A stretch of 64,000 nt of DNA. Origin: a bacterium (GTDB lineage Bacteria; Patescibacteriota; SICC01). This document shows, piece after piece, positions 1 to 9,544 of this stretch; the first letter of the stretch is position 1, and each line of letters opens with the position of its first letter. Below the pieces are notes generated by a model. It searched no databases. It was not told the origin of the DNA and saw nothing but the letters and a program-made list of their open reading frames with translations. The translations under genes were made by a program, and so were the position numbers. The stretch spans positions 18,970 to 82,969 of the forward strand of contig JAUYKS010000022.1 in NCBI GenBank assembly GCA_030699935.1, given 5' to 3'.

Positions 1-874
1 CGCCGGAGTCGACGGTATTCTCACCGTAATACTGCGCCAGTTGCTGCTTCACGAAGAAGACGAAGTGCGGCGCGTCGAAGACCTGCTCCTCCTGGGTGTA
101 GGCTAGCTTCTGGGCGTAGGCCTCCTTCGCCTGCGGAGCGCTGATGTAGCCGAGGTCCTGCATCCGGTCCAGCACGTACTTCTGGCGCTGTTTGGCCAGG
201 TCCGCCCGGCCGCCAAGTGGCGAATAGACCGACGGGGCGCTCGGCAGCCCTGCCAGCATCGCGGACTCGCCGAGAGTCAGTTCCTTCACGTCCTTGCCGA
301 AGAACGTCCGGGCCGCGTCGCCGATCCCGTAGCTCTGCTGACCGTAGTAGACCTCGTTGAGGTACCGCTCGAGGATCTCGTCCTTGCTGAACCGATTCTC
401 GAGGATGATCGCGTAGGTCATCTCGCGGAGCTTGCGGCTGGCGGTGCGTTCCGGCGAGAGATACGTGTTCTTGATCAGCTGCTGGGTGATCGTCGATCCG
501 CCCTGCGGTTCCTTGGAGACGTAGGTCTTGTAGAGGGCGCGGCCGAGCGAGTTCGGGTCGATGCCGCGGTGCTCGTAGAAGTCGGCGTCCTCGGAGGCCA
601 GCGTCGCCAGGACCACGCTGCGCGGGACTTCGGAGAGTTTCAGAGGCACCGGCTGGTGGGCGCCGGCGGTCTCGTACAGCTTCTGGCCATGCCGATCGTA
701 GAAGACGGTCTGGGTCGGATGGAAGTTCTCCTTGGTCGGGAGCTTGAACAGCGGCCCGACTGCGTCCGCCAGGCCGGCGAAGGTCAGGATCGGCACCAGG
801 ACGCACATCCCGACGAACGCCAGGATCAGCCAAGCCCGGCCGGTCTTCTTATGGTACGAGACGACTTTGCGCAT
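1..874 (-). CDS. Class A penicillin-binding protein (transglycosylase part; runs off window start)
   Basis: Manual translation from ATG at 874: MRKVVSY..., N-terminal TM, transglycosylase motifs EDADFYEHRGID, GGSTITQQLIKN, RKLRE, KDEILERYLN. Not in the ORF track because it is truncated. Confidence 0.93.
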   Translation of the reverse strand, partial: MRKVVSYHKKTGRAWLILAFVGMCVLVPILTFAGLADAVGPLFKLPTKENFHPTQTVFYDRHGQKLYETAGAHQPVPLKLSEVPRSVVLATLASEDADFYEHRGIDPNSLGRALYKTYVSKEPQGGSTITQQLIKNTYLSPERTASRKLREMTYAIILENRFSKDEILERYLNEVYYGQQSYGIGDAARTFFGKDVKELTLGESAMLAGLPSAPSVYSPLGGRADLAKQRQKYVLDRMQDLGYISAPQAKEAYAQKLAYTQEEQVFDAPHFVFFVKQQLAQYYGENTVDSG

Positions 875-926
875 ACCCGATTATCATACCCGGAACCATC
901 GGGAGATTACTTGTCTTATTGCCTGT

Positions 927-3257
927 TCACGCCGCGGCTTCCACCGGCTCGCCGGTCCAGCCGCACTCGGTGCAAGTCGGGATATGGTCCCGGCCCTTGA
1001 TCACGACCAGCTTGCCGCATTCCTTGCACGGTTCCTTGAGCGGCTTCTGGCCGACCAGGAATTTGCAGTCCGGGTACTTGGTGCAGCCGTAGAACGTCCG
1101 ACCTTGCTTGGACTTTCGTTCGGCCAGCTCGCCCTTGCCGCACTCCGGGCACTGCACACCGGTCGACTTCACGAACGGCTTGGTGCCCTTGCAGTCCGGG
1201 TACTTGGTGCAGCCGAAGAAGACGCCGAACCGGCCGCGCTTGACGGTCATCGGCGATCCGCACTTGTCGCACTTCTCGCCCTTGGCCTGCTCCTCGGCTT
1301 CCTTCGTCTCGGCCTGCTCCTCCTCGAGGGGCGCCGTGAACTTGCACTCCGGATACCGGCTGCAGGCGTAGAATTGCCCGCCGAACCGCGAGAGTTTCTT
1401 CATCAGATGCCCGCCATGCGCCTCGCCGCACTCCGGGCACGGCTTGTCCGTCTTCTCGTGGGCGACGTCGTCTTTCTTGAGCTCCTTGTCCTTCTTGTCG
1501 ACGAGTGCCTTGAACGGGCCCCACCACTGCTTGAGTAGCGGCTCGCGGGCCTCCTTGCCCTCGGCGACCTCGTCGAGCTCGTTCTCCAGTTCGGATGTGA
1601 ACTGGTAGTCAACGTACTTGGAGAAGTGGTTGGTGAGCAGGTCGCTGACGATCATGCCGACCGCTTCCGGGAAGAATCGGCGCTGGTCGACCCGCGCGTA
1701 CTTCCGGTCCTGCAGCGTCGAGATGATGCTGGCGTAGGTGGACGGTCGCCCGATGCCGTATTCCTCGAGCGTCTTCACCAGCGTCGCCTCGGTGAAGCGC
1801 GGCGGCGGTTGGGTCTCGTGCCGTTCGCTGCCGGCCTTGAGCAGTTCCAGCGGATCGCCTTCGGCCAGCGCCGGAAGCAGGTTGTCACCGGATGGGTCGG
1901 CGGAGGCGCCGTTCGCGCCGCTGCCGTTGCCATTGCTGTCGTCGGTCCCTTCTAGGTACAGCTTGATGAATCCCGGGAACTTCACCTGCGATCCGGTCGC
2001 CTTGAGAATCGCCTCGCCGTCTCGGCCCGCCTTGATCCGGGCGGCGGTCTGCAGGAAGATCGCTTCCTCCATTTGCGAGGCCATCGCCCGCTTGTAGATC
2101 AGGCTGTAGAGCTTGAGCTGGTCGGTCGTCAGTTTCGCCTTCAGTCCGTCCGGGGTCCGCGTGAAGCTGGTCGGCCGGATCGCCTCGTGCGCTTCCTGAG
2201 CGCCCTTCGACTTCACCTTGTAACGGCGCGGCTCCGGCGGCAGGTACTCCTCGCCGTAACTGTCCTCGATCACTTTCCGCGCCTCCGCCAGCGCGCTATT
2301 CGCCATGTTCACCGAGTCGGTTCGCATGTAGGTGATCAGACCGGTGCGGTCACCGCCGCCCGTGTCGATGCCTTCGTAGAGCTGCTGGGCGGTGCGCATC
2401 GTGCGCCGGGCCGCGAAGCCGAGCTTGCGCGAGGCCTCCTGCTGGAGCGTCGAGGTCGTGAACGGCGGCGCCGGGCGGCGCTTCCGTTCCTTCTCCTCGA
2501 CCGACTCGACGACGACCGGATGTTGAGGCAGCTGCTCGGCCAGCTCCTTCGCCCGCTCGTCGGTCAGGTCGAACTGCTTGAGTTTTTCGCCGCGGTCCTC
2601 GGCCAGCTGCGCCCCGAACGTCGCCAGCTTCTCGTCCGATTCCTTCGGCTGCTTGAGCTCGACGTCCAGCGTCCAGTACGGCTTCGGCTTGAACGCATCG
2701 ATCTCCCGCTCGCGCTCGACGATCAGCCGCAGCGCCACGGACTGCACGCGCCCCGCGGAAAGTCCGTAGCGGATCTTCCGCCAGAGCAGCGGCGACAGCG
2801 TGAACCCATACAGATAGTCGAGACTCTGGCGCGCTTCCTGCGCGGACACGAGTTGACGGTCGATCTGGCGCGGCTCCTTGATCGCGTCTTGGATCGCGCC
2901 CTTGGTGATCTCGTCGAAGGTGATCCGCCCGACCTCCTTGGCCTTGAGATCCTTGCCAATCAGTTCGGTAAGGTGCCAGGCGATCGACTCCCCTTCGCGG
3001 TCAAGGTCGGTGGCGAGCAGGAGCGCGTCGGAATCCTTGAGCGCCTTCTTGATCGCGGCGACGTGCTTCTTGCTGTCCGGAATCGGCTCGTATTTCGGCT
3101 CGAAGTCGTTATCGACGTCGACGCTGCCGTCCTTGCGCGGGAGTTGGCGGACGTGCCCGTAACTGGCCAGGACTTTATAGCCCGGACCGAGATAGCGCTC
3201 GATGGTGCGAGCTTTGGCCGGCGACTCGACGATGACTAGTGTTTTCGTATTCGGCAT
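927..3257 (-). CDS. topA: DNA topoisomerase I
   Basis: LVIVESPAKA TOPRIM, DLDREGE, SAGRVQS, ITYMRTDS catalytic Tyr, C-terminal zinc ribbons. Confidence 0.98.
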   Translation of the reverse strand: MPNTKTLVIVESPAKARTIERYLGPGYKVLASYGHVRQLPRKDGSVDVDNDFEPKYEPIPDSKKHVAAIKKALKDSDALLLATDLDREGESIAWHLTELIGKDLKAKEVGRITFDEITKGAIQDAIKEPRQIDRQLVSAQEARQSLDYLYGFTLSPLLWRKIRYGLSAGRVQSVALRLIVEREREIDAFKPKPYWTLDVELKQPKESDEKLATFGAQLAEDRGEKLKQFDLTDERAKELAEQLPQHPVVVESVEEKERKRRPAPPFTTSTLQQEASRKLGFAARRTMRTAQQLYEGIDTGGGDRTGLITYMRTDSVNMANSALAEARKVIEDSYGEEYLPPEPRRYKVKSKGAQEAHEAIRPTSFTRTPDGLKAKLTTDQLKLYSLIYKRAMASQMEEAIFLQTAARIKAGRDGEAILKATGSQVKFPGFIKLYLEGTDDSNGNGSGANGASADPSGDNLLPALAEGDPLELLKAGSERHETQPPPRFTEATLVKTLEEYGIGRPSTYASIISTLQDRKYARVDQRRFFPEAVGMIVSDLLTNHFSKYVDYQFTSELENELDEVAEGKEAREPLLKQWWGPFKALVDKKDKELKKDDVAHEKTDKPCPECGEAHGGHLMKKLSRFGGQFYACSRYPECKFTAPLEEEQAETKEAEEQAKGEKCDKCGSPMTVKRGRFGVFFGCTKYPDCKGTKPFVKSTGVQCPECGKGELAERKSKQGRTFYGCTKYPDCKFLVGQKPLKEPCKECGKLVVIKGRDHIPTCTECGWTGEPVEAAA

Positions 3258-3346
3258 ACGTTGCCTAGGTATACGCTACCGGACGCTGGTTTGTCCAGTA
3301 GGGCGCCAGGCTACCAACATACCAGCAAGCTAGTATACTATTCAAG

Positions 3347-4048
3347 CTATACGACAGACCTGCGAATGCTAGACGAGACGGGTTCGCTATATTGCTCTGC
3401 GAATCGAGCGGCTAGTTTTGCACGAGCTTCGTCACCTGCCGCGGCAAAATCCAGTTCCTCTGGATACAGCACGGTCACGGAAACGACGGATACATCCCCA
3501 AGCGATAGCTCTAAGCGATCGGGTACTGTTTTTGATTTGACTCCAACCAGCGCACCAGATTGGCCCTCGGCGTACTTATAACCAACCGGGGTCCGCACTC
3601 CCCGCTGATCCATGGAGATAAGTGTGAGTTCGTCAAGAAGTTGCCGGAAATCACCGCGATGAGCAGCCTGTTCAGCAACGATACTGAGAGAATCAAATAC
3701 CCAGCTTCGAAAAGGGTTCTCGAAGTCTTCGTCCGTTTCAATATAAAACTCAAGACCAAATCCACTTCCTTCTGTCTTCAATGGGTGTGTGGTCGAAAAA
3801 GGATCGCTCAACCCATCCGTTGCTATGACAGTATTGCCATTAGGTAGCTTTATTTTTCGATATGCTTGTCTCAGATTTGGCCATTCGGGACCTCCTGCGA
3901 GAGTCGGGTTGAGGGCCGGAGCAAAATAATCCGGATCGACATCCCCGACGCCCTGCCAAAATTCAGTACGCAAACGGAAAGATTCCTGGAGTATTTTCTC
4001 CTCGTCGGACGGGACGGGGTCATTTCGATCATTCGGACTATCAATCAT
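3347..4048 (-). CDS. Suppressor-of-fused (SUFU)-like protein
   Basis: ATDGLSDPF...GFGLEFY motif resembles bacterial SUFU domains; lower GC than flanks. Confidence 0.6.
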   Translation of the reverse strand: MIDSPNDRNDPVPSDEEKILQESFRLRTEFWQGVGDVDPDYFAPALNPTLAGGPEWPNLRQAYRKIKLPNGNTVIATDGLSDPFSTTHPLKTEGSGFGLEFYIETDEDFENPFRSWVFDSLSIVAEQAAHRGDFRQLLDELTLISMDQRGVRTPVGYKYAEGQSGALVGVKSKTVPDRLELSLGDVSVVSVTVLYPEELDFAAAGDEARAKLAARFAEQYSEPVSSSIRRSVV

Positions 4049-4101
4049 AGTGAGACATCATATTCAATAAAATTGCCTTAGTCAAGGACTTTTTTGTTCT
4101 G

Positions 4102-4130
4102 TTGACAACGTGTATACATATGTATACTAT
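4102..4130 (+). promoter_or_regulatory. sigma70 promoter of lexA with overlapping palindromic operator
   Basis: TTGACA (4102-4107), 17 bp spacer, TACTAT (4125-4130); perfect palindrome GTATACATATGTATAC at 4112-4127. Confidence 0.75.
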
Positions 4131-4251
4131 CTAACTGCGCTCCCTCCTCCGAGCACCTTGGCAGTCAAAAAAGACACAAACGGCTCCCCTGCCGGCCAGG
4201 GTGCTCGGCGCGCTCCCTCCTCATCATTAGAACTACAACTACATACTCATC

Positions 4252-4884
4252 ATGAGCAACGAAGCACTTTCCCCGCGGCAGAAACAGACGTTCGACATCA
4301 TCCAGAAGCACATCAAGGACCAGGGCCTGCCGCCGACGATCCGCGAGATCATGGCGGCGCTGAAGGTGAACTACCCGCGCGGCGTGCAGCGTCACCTTGA
4401 GGCACTTGAGAAGAAAGGCTACATCACCCGCGACTCCCGCAGTCGCGGCATCACGATCGCGGATAAGTTCCGCCAGGTAGCCGCGGACGTTTCCGACGCC
4501 ATCGCGCGCATTCCGATCCTCGGCCGGATCCCGGCTGGCGGGCCGATGCTGGCCGAAGAGAACATCGAGGAGTGGGTGACTCTCCCGACCGACCTTACCA
4601 AGGGCAAGCGGGACGTATTCATCCTGCGAGCCCAGGGCGACTCGATGATCGGCGCCGGCATCTTCGACGGCGACCTGCTGATCTGCCAGCCGACGGACCA
4701 CGCCGAGAACGGCGACATCGTGGCCGCGTTGATCGGCGACGACGCTACGGTAAAGCGGCTGGTCAAACGGCGCGACGCGACCTACCTGCAGCCGGAGAAC
4801 CCCAAGTACGAGAACATCTACCCGGACCAGGATTGGAAAGTGCAAGGCAAGGTAATGGCGGTCGTCCGCCAACAGGTCCGCTGA
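4252..4884 (+). CDS. lexA: SOS repressor LexA
   Basis: wHTH PPTIREI, Ala-Gly cleavage site (IPAG), catalytic GDSM Ser and TVKR Lys. Confidence 0.96.
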   Translation: MSNEALSPRQKQTFDIIQKHIKDQGLPPTIREIMAALKVNYPRGVQRHLEALEKKGYITRDSRSRGITIADKFRQVAADVSDAIARIPILGRIPAGGPMLAEENIEEWVTLPTDLTKGKRDVFILRAQGDSMIGAGIFDGDLLICQPTDHAENGDIVAALIGDDATVKRLVKRRDATYLQPENPKYENIYPDQDWKVQGKVMAVVRQQVR

Positions 4885-4885
4885 G

Positions 4886-5083
4886 ATGATGCGATCGCAC
4901 ACTCCCCTGCCCGTCCCGATCGACGAACGTGCCGCCCTCGTCGCCAGGCGAAGCCGAAGCCTCGGCGTAGGCGAGCAACGTCCGGCGTATCGCGGCCCGG
5001 CGCGCGAACTCGACACCACCTTGTGGGCGGGCGTGCTGTTCTGGCTGGGCTTCGCGATGCTTGCGGTCGTCGCCGGCTTCTAG
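4886..5083 (+). CDS. Small membrane protein co-transcribed with lexA
   Basis: 65 aa, starts 1 nt after the lexA stop, single C-terminal hydrophobic helix. Confidence 0.6.
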   Translation: MMRSHTPLPVPIDERAALVARRSRSLGVGEQRPAYRGPARELDTTLWAGVLFWLGFAMLAVVAGF

Positions 5084-5920
5084 TCAAACGAGCACGTAGT
5101 GCCGGTCACCGACGTCCCGCACCACGCCGGTCAGTTCCAATTTGACGAGTTCCGCTTCCACCTCGGCGGCGGGTTTGCCCGATTTTGAGACGAGCTCATC
5201 GAAATGCACGGCCGTATCGGAAAGCAGACCGATCATGCCCGGCCTCCCTGTTGCCGGACCTTCGGTGCCGTAGCGGTTCAGAAACCCGTCAATGAACCAG
5301 TCGATGGAAACGAGCGGATGGGCAAGCTGGTCGATCAGCCAGTTCGTACCCAGGCTCTGCTCCGAGTCAATCGGTCCGGGAACCGCCCAGACGTCGCGGC
5401 TCTGATCACCAGCGTGACGAGCGGTAATCAATGTGCCCGACGGACGGCTAGCCTCGACGACCACGACCACATCCGCCAGGCCGGAAATCATACGGTTCCG
5501 GGCTTCGTAGTGGTACTTCCGGACCGGAGTCCCCTCAGGGTACTCCGATAGCAGGGCGCCCCGGGACGCGATCCGCAGCGCCAACCGCCGGTTCGTTTGC
5601 GGCGAAAGGTCGTCATCGCCCAGTCCGTCCGGCAGGATCGCGACGCTACGGCCGCCCGCTTCGAGTGCAGCCGTATGTGCGATCGTGTCCACCCCGAAGG
5701 CCAGCCCGGAAACCACCGTCACCCCCGCAGCGCCGAGCCGGCCGGCGATCTGCGTGGCGATCCGGCGACCGTAAGCGGTCGGGCGGCGGCTGCCGACGAT
5801 CGCGACGGCAGCCGCGGTATCCGGCGGCAGGCTGCCCCTTATCCAAAGCTGATCGGGTGGACTCGGAATGTTCCGCAGCCGCTCCGGGATCGGCCGCAGC
5901 ACTCTAACGCTAGCTTGCAT
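5084..5920 (-). CDS. dprA: DNA-processing protein DprA
   Basis: VAIVGSR, VSGLAFGVD, RNRMISGL, VVEA..SGT motifs, C-terminal wHTH. Confidence 0.96.
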   Translation of the reverse strand: MQASVRVLRPIPERLRNIPSPPDQLWIRGSLPPDTAAAVAIVGSRRPTAYGRRIATQIAGRLGAAGVTVVSGLAFGVDTIAHTAALEAGGRSVAILPDGLGDDDLSPQTNRRLALRIASRGALLSEYPEGTPVRKYHYEARNRMISGLADVVVVVEASRPSGTLITARHAGDQSRDVWAVPGPIDSEQSLGTNWLIDQLAHPLVSIDWFIDGFLNRYGTEGPATGRPGMIGLLSDTAVHFDELVSKSGKPAAEVEAELVKLELTGVVRDVGDRHYVLV

Positions 5921-5952
5921 ACGTTCCAGTATACCAAGCTAGCTTGCTTAAT

Positions 5953-8900
5953 TCACGCGCTGGCGTTGGCGTCCGACGTTTTCGCAGCTTCCTGAGCATC
6001 CGTCGGGGCGGGTGCCTTGAGCTCTTCAACTAACTGCTCGACCGCACCAAGCATCTCGCCGACTTCGAGCGCCCGGCTGAGCCGGTTCACGGACACCTGC
6101 CATCCCAGCTCCTTGGCCTTGGCCACCTGCCAGTCCCGCGGCTGGTGCGCCAGTTCGGCGGCCACTACCTTGGCGCTCCGGTTGGTCCCCGGCAGCGACG
6201 TGTAGCGCAGCGCGATGATCCCCGCCTGCGCGCCGGACAGCCGGATCGCCTGCAGGCGGAACAGGTTATCGACTTCCTCGGGCCAGTTGCCGCCCAATTT
6301 CTGCTTCAGTCGTTCCGCCAGCTCGTCTAGTTCCGCCTGGCTGGCCGCGTTACTGACCGACTGGTAGACCTGGAGTCGCTCGGTCTCGTCCGCCATAACG
6401 TCGGGCGGGACCGAAGCCACCAGCGGCAGGTCGACCTCCGTCTCCAGGAAGCGTTCGCCGCTCTCCAGCTCCTCGACCGCGCGCGACAGCACCTTCGAAT
6501 ACAAAGTCAGGCCGATCGCCCGGACGTTGCCGGACTGTTCCTTGCCGATCACGTTCCCCGCCCCACGGAGCTCGAGGTCGGCCAAGGCGATCTGGAACCC
6601 CGCGCCGAGTTCCTTGGCCTCCTTGAGGCTGCGCAGCCGTTCCCGCGCGATCGCGGACAGCGAACCCGGCTTGTAGAAGAAGAAGGCGCGGCCCTGCCGG
6701 CTGCCCCGCCCGATCCGGCCGCGCAACTGGTAGCTTTGCGCCAGGCCGAGCGTCGAGACGTCGTCCACGATCATCGTGTTGGCGTTCGGCAGGTCCAGGC
6801 CGTTCTCGACGATCGTCGTACTGACCAGGATGTCGATCTCCCCCGCCGCGAACCGGGCCATCACGTCGGCCAGGCCCTCCTCGGTCATCTGGCCGTGGCC
6901 GAAGTCGATCTTCACGCCGGGGTGCCGGGCCTCCAGCTCCTTGCACGCCGCCTTGATCGTCGCGACGCGGTTATGCAGGAAGTACACCTGCCCGCCGCGG
7001 GACAGTTCCTCCTTGACCACTTTGTCGATCAATTGGGGGTTGTACTCGCCGATGGTGGTCTCCACGGCGCGGCGGCCGGATGGCGGGGTTTGGATCGTCG
7101 AGATCTCGCGGAGGCCGGACAGCGCCAGATTGAGCGTCCGCGGAATCGGCGTCGCCGACAGGCTCAGCACGTCGACCTGCGAGCGCAGTTTCTTGAGCTG
7201 CTCTTTGTGCCGCACCCCGAACCGCTGCTCCTCATCGATAACCAAAAGACCCAAGTCCTTGAACTGGACGTCGGGGCTGAGCAGGCGGTGCGTCCCGATC
7301 ACGATATCCACCTTCCCGTCGCTGAGGCCTTTGAGCGTCTGGCTCTGTTCGCGCTGACTCTTGAACCGCGACAGTCCGCCGAGCTTGAATCCGAACTCCT
7401 TGAGCCGCTTGCCGAAGGTCGCCAGGTGCTGCTCGGCCAGGATGGTCGTCGGCGCCAGGACGGCCACTTGCTTGCCGGAGGCGGCCGCCTTGGCCGCGGC
7501 CCGGACGGCCACCTCGGTCTTGCCGAAGCCGACGTCGCCGGAGACCAGCCGGTCCATCGGACGGTTGTCCTCCATGTCCGCGTAGACGTGGCTGATCGCC
7601 CGCTCCTGGTCTTCCGTCTCGTCGTAGTTGAATCCGGCCTGCAGGCGCTGTTCGACGTCCGGCTGCCCCGGGAAGGAGATTCCGGTGACGATCTCGCGGC
7701 GGGCGGAGACGGTCAGCAGCTCGCGGGCCAGCTTCTCGGCCGATTCCTTGACCTTGTCGCGGACGTGCTCCCAGCTTGCCGAGGACAGCCGCGTCAACGT
7801 CACTTCCTTCGGACCGACATAGAGGTCGACCTTGTCGGCTTCCGCTACCGGCACGTAGAGTTTGTCGCCCTTGGCGTACTCCAGGAATAGGTACTCGCGT
7901 TCTACCTCGCCGACCTTCCGCCGGACCAAACCGCGGAACTTACCGATGCCGTGGTCGCGATGGGTGATCAGCTGGCCCGGTTCGAGGCGCAGTCGGAGCT
8001 TGTCGGAATGGCGCTTCTTCGGTTTGGCGACCTGGTGGATGATCTCGGCCGGCGTGAAGACGATCCACTTCATCTCCGGAATCGCGATGCCTTCGGTGAT
8101 CGGTAGCCGTACGTCCTCGACGCCTTCCGGCAGCCCGGTCGGCGGGCTTTCCCAGCGGGCCAGGCCGACATGCCAGCCGTCATTCTGGTACCGCTTGATC
8201 GTGTCGTGCAGTTCGCCTCGGTTGTGCGACACGTCGGCGCGCCGCCACGGCAGCTGCACCACGGATTCCTCACGCTTGAACGAGAACGAGACCTGGGACA
8301 GACCCCGGAGGTCCTCCGCGGCGTCGAGCAGATACTCTTCGCCGGCGATGTAGGCGCCGGCCAGCTTGACGTAGTCCCGGAGCCGGGCCGCCCCTTTCGG
8401 ATCGGTGACGGACGCCGGGAACAGCCGGAGGCTCGGCAGGTCGATGGCGTGCGAAGACTCCTGGCGCTTGATCGACTCGATCGAATCGCCGAACCATTCC
8501 ATTTGGTGCGGGTACCGGTCGCCGACCCCCCATACCTTTACCGTGCCGCCGACGCGATGGAAGGTGCCGGTCCGGTCCAGGTCGGGATCGGGATCGTAGC
8601 CGGCGGTGACCAGGGCTTTGGCCATCTCATCCGGGCTGACATCCTGACCCTTGCTGTACGTCTTGGTCAGGGTGTCGTAACGGCGGACACCGACCAGCGG
8701 TACCGAGAGCAGGTCCGGCGGTACCAAGTGCAAGCCCGACTTGTTGCCGAGGATCTGCGCGACGCCGACGGCCACCTCCAGAGAATCGCCGGATACCTCG
8801 CGGGGCCACGGCACCGCGATCCCCGGCGCGAACAAGTGCTCGGAAGTGATCACCACGAACGGGCGGCCGGCCTTCCGGGCCAGCGCCAAGAGCAGGAACT

Positions 8901-9015
8901 CCCGGACGCCGCGGCTGGTATCCGAGATCCGGAGCTGACCCGCGTCCAGCCGTCGGGCGTACTCTTCGATCTCCGGCAGCTCGAGCGCCTTAGAGAAAAA
9001 ACTGCCGTTAGACAT
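5953..9015 (-). CDS. mfd: Transcription-repair coupling factor
   Basis: CarD/RID domain, GDVGFGKTEVA, DEEQRFG, SATPIPRT, QLRGRIGR, TRCF C-terminus. Confidence 0.96.
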   Translation of the reverse strand: MSNGSFFSKALELPEIEEYARRLDAGQLRISDTSRGVREFLLLALARKAGRPFVVITSEHLFAPGIAVPWPREVSGDSLEVAVGVAQILGNKSGLHLVPPDLLSVPLVGVRRYDTLTKTYSKGQDVSPDEMAKALVTAGYDPDPDLDRTGTFHRVGGTVKVWGVGDRYPHQMEWFGDSIESIKRQESSHAIDLPSLRLFPASVTDPKGAARLRDYVKLAGAYIAGEEYLLDAAEDLRGLSQVSFSFKREESVVQLPWRRADVSHNRGELHDTIKRYQNDGWHVGLARWESPPTGLPEGVEDVRLPITEGIAIPEMKWIVFTPAEIIHQVAKPKKRHSDKLRLRLEPGQLITHRDHGIGKFRGLVRRKVGEVEREYLFLEYAKGDKLYVPVAEADKVDLYVGPKEVTLTRLSSASWEHVRDKVKESAEKLARELLTVSARREIVTGISFPGQPDVEQRLQAGFNYDETEDQERAISHVYADMEDNRPMDRLVSGDVGFGKTEVAVRAAAKAAASGKQVAVLAPTTILAEQHLATFGKRLKEFGFKLGGLSRFKSQREQSQTLKGLSDGKVDIVIGTHRLLSPDVQFKDLGLLVIDEEQRFGVRHKEQLKKLRSQVDVLSLSATPIPRTLNLALSGLREISTIQTPPSGRRAVETTIGEYNPQLIDKVVKEELSRGGQVYFLHNRVATIKAACKELEARHPGVKIDFGHGQMTEEGLADVMARFAAGEIDILVSTTIVENGLDLPNANTMIVDDVSTLGLAQSYQLRGRIGRGSRQGRAFFFYKPGSLSAIARERLRSLKEAKELGAGFQIALADLELRGAGNVIGKEQSGNVRAIGLTLYSKVLSRAVEELESGERFLETEVDLPLVASVPPDVMADETERLQVYQSVSNAASQAELDELAERLKQKLGGNWPEEVDNLFRLQAIRLSGAQAGIIALRYTSLPGTNRSAKVVAAELAHQPRDWQVAKAKELGWQVSVNRLSRALEVGEMLGAVEQLVEELKAPAPTDAQEAAKTSDANASA

Positions 9016-9544
9016 CGAGCCACTCCTTGGCTTTGTCGGACGCCTCGGTCACGATCCGGGCCAGTTCCTTGGTTTCGTCCTTGTCGAACGGCGCCAGTAC
9101 GAAATCGGTGGGGTCCATGCCTTCCGGCGGCCGGCCGATGCCGAGACGCAGGCGGGCGAAGTCGCCGCTTCCGAGTACGTCCATGACGCTGGCGATCCCC
9201 TGGTGTCCGGCGGAGCCGCCGCCAGGCTTGAGCTGCACCGTCCCGAACGGCAGGTCCAGCTCGTCGGCGATGACGAGCAGACGGTCGGTCGGGATCTTGT
9301 AGTAATCCATCACGCGGCGCACTTCCGGCCCCGACGCGTTCATGAAAGTGGTCGGCTTGATCAGGAGGACGTCGCCGCTCCTCCACTGGTCGGATGGCTC
9401 GTTGTCACCGGCTTTCCGCGCCGGCTCCGCGTCGAGCGAGCGAACCAGGGCATCCAAGACCAGCCAACCGAAGTTGTGCCGGGTGCCCTCGTATTTCTTT
9501 CCGGGATTCCCCAACCCCGCGACCAGCGTCCGCGGCGCGCTCAT
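9008..9544 (-). CDS. pth: Peptidyl-tRNA hydrolase
   Basis: GLGNPG..Y..TRHNFG, KPTTFMNASG, GGSAGHQG, RLRLGIGRP. Confidence 0.97.
   Translation of the reverse strand: MSAPRTLVAGLGNPGKKYEGTRHNFGWLVLDALVRSLDAEPARKAGDNEPSDQWRSGDVLLIKPTTFMNASGPEVRRVMDYYKIPTDRLLVIADELDLPFGTVQLKPGGGSAGHQGIASVMDVLGSGDFARLRLGIGRPPEGMDPTDFVLAPFDKDETKELARIVTEASDKAKEWLDV

Noticed and set aside
2073-3239. Long antisense and alternate-frame ORFs (for example 2073-3239, 37801-39237, 62692-63996)
   Set aside because: Shadow ORFs caused by high GC3 codon usage opposite well-supported genes.
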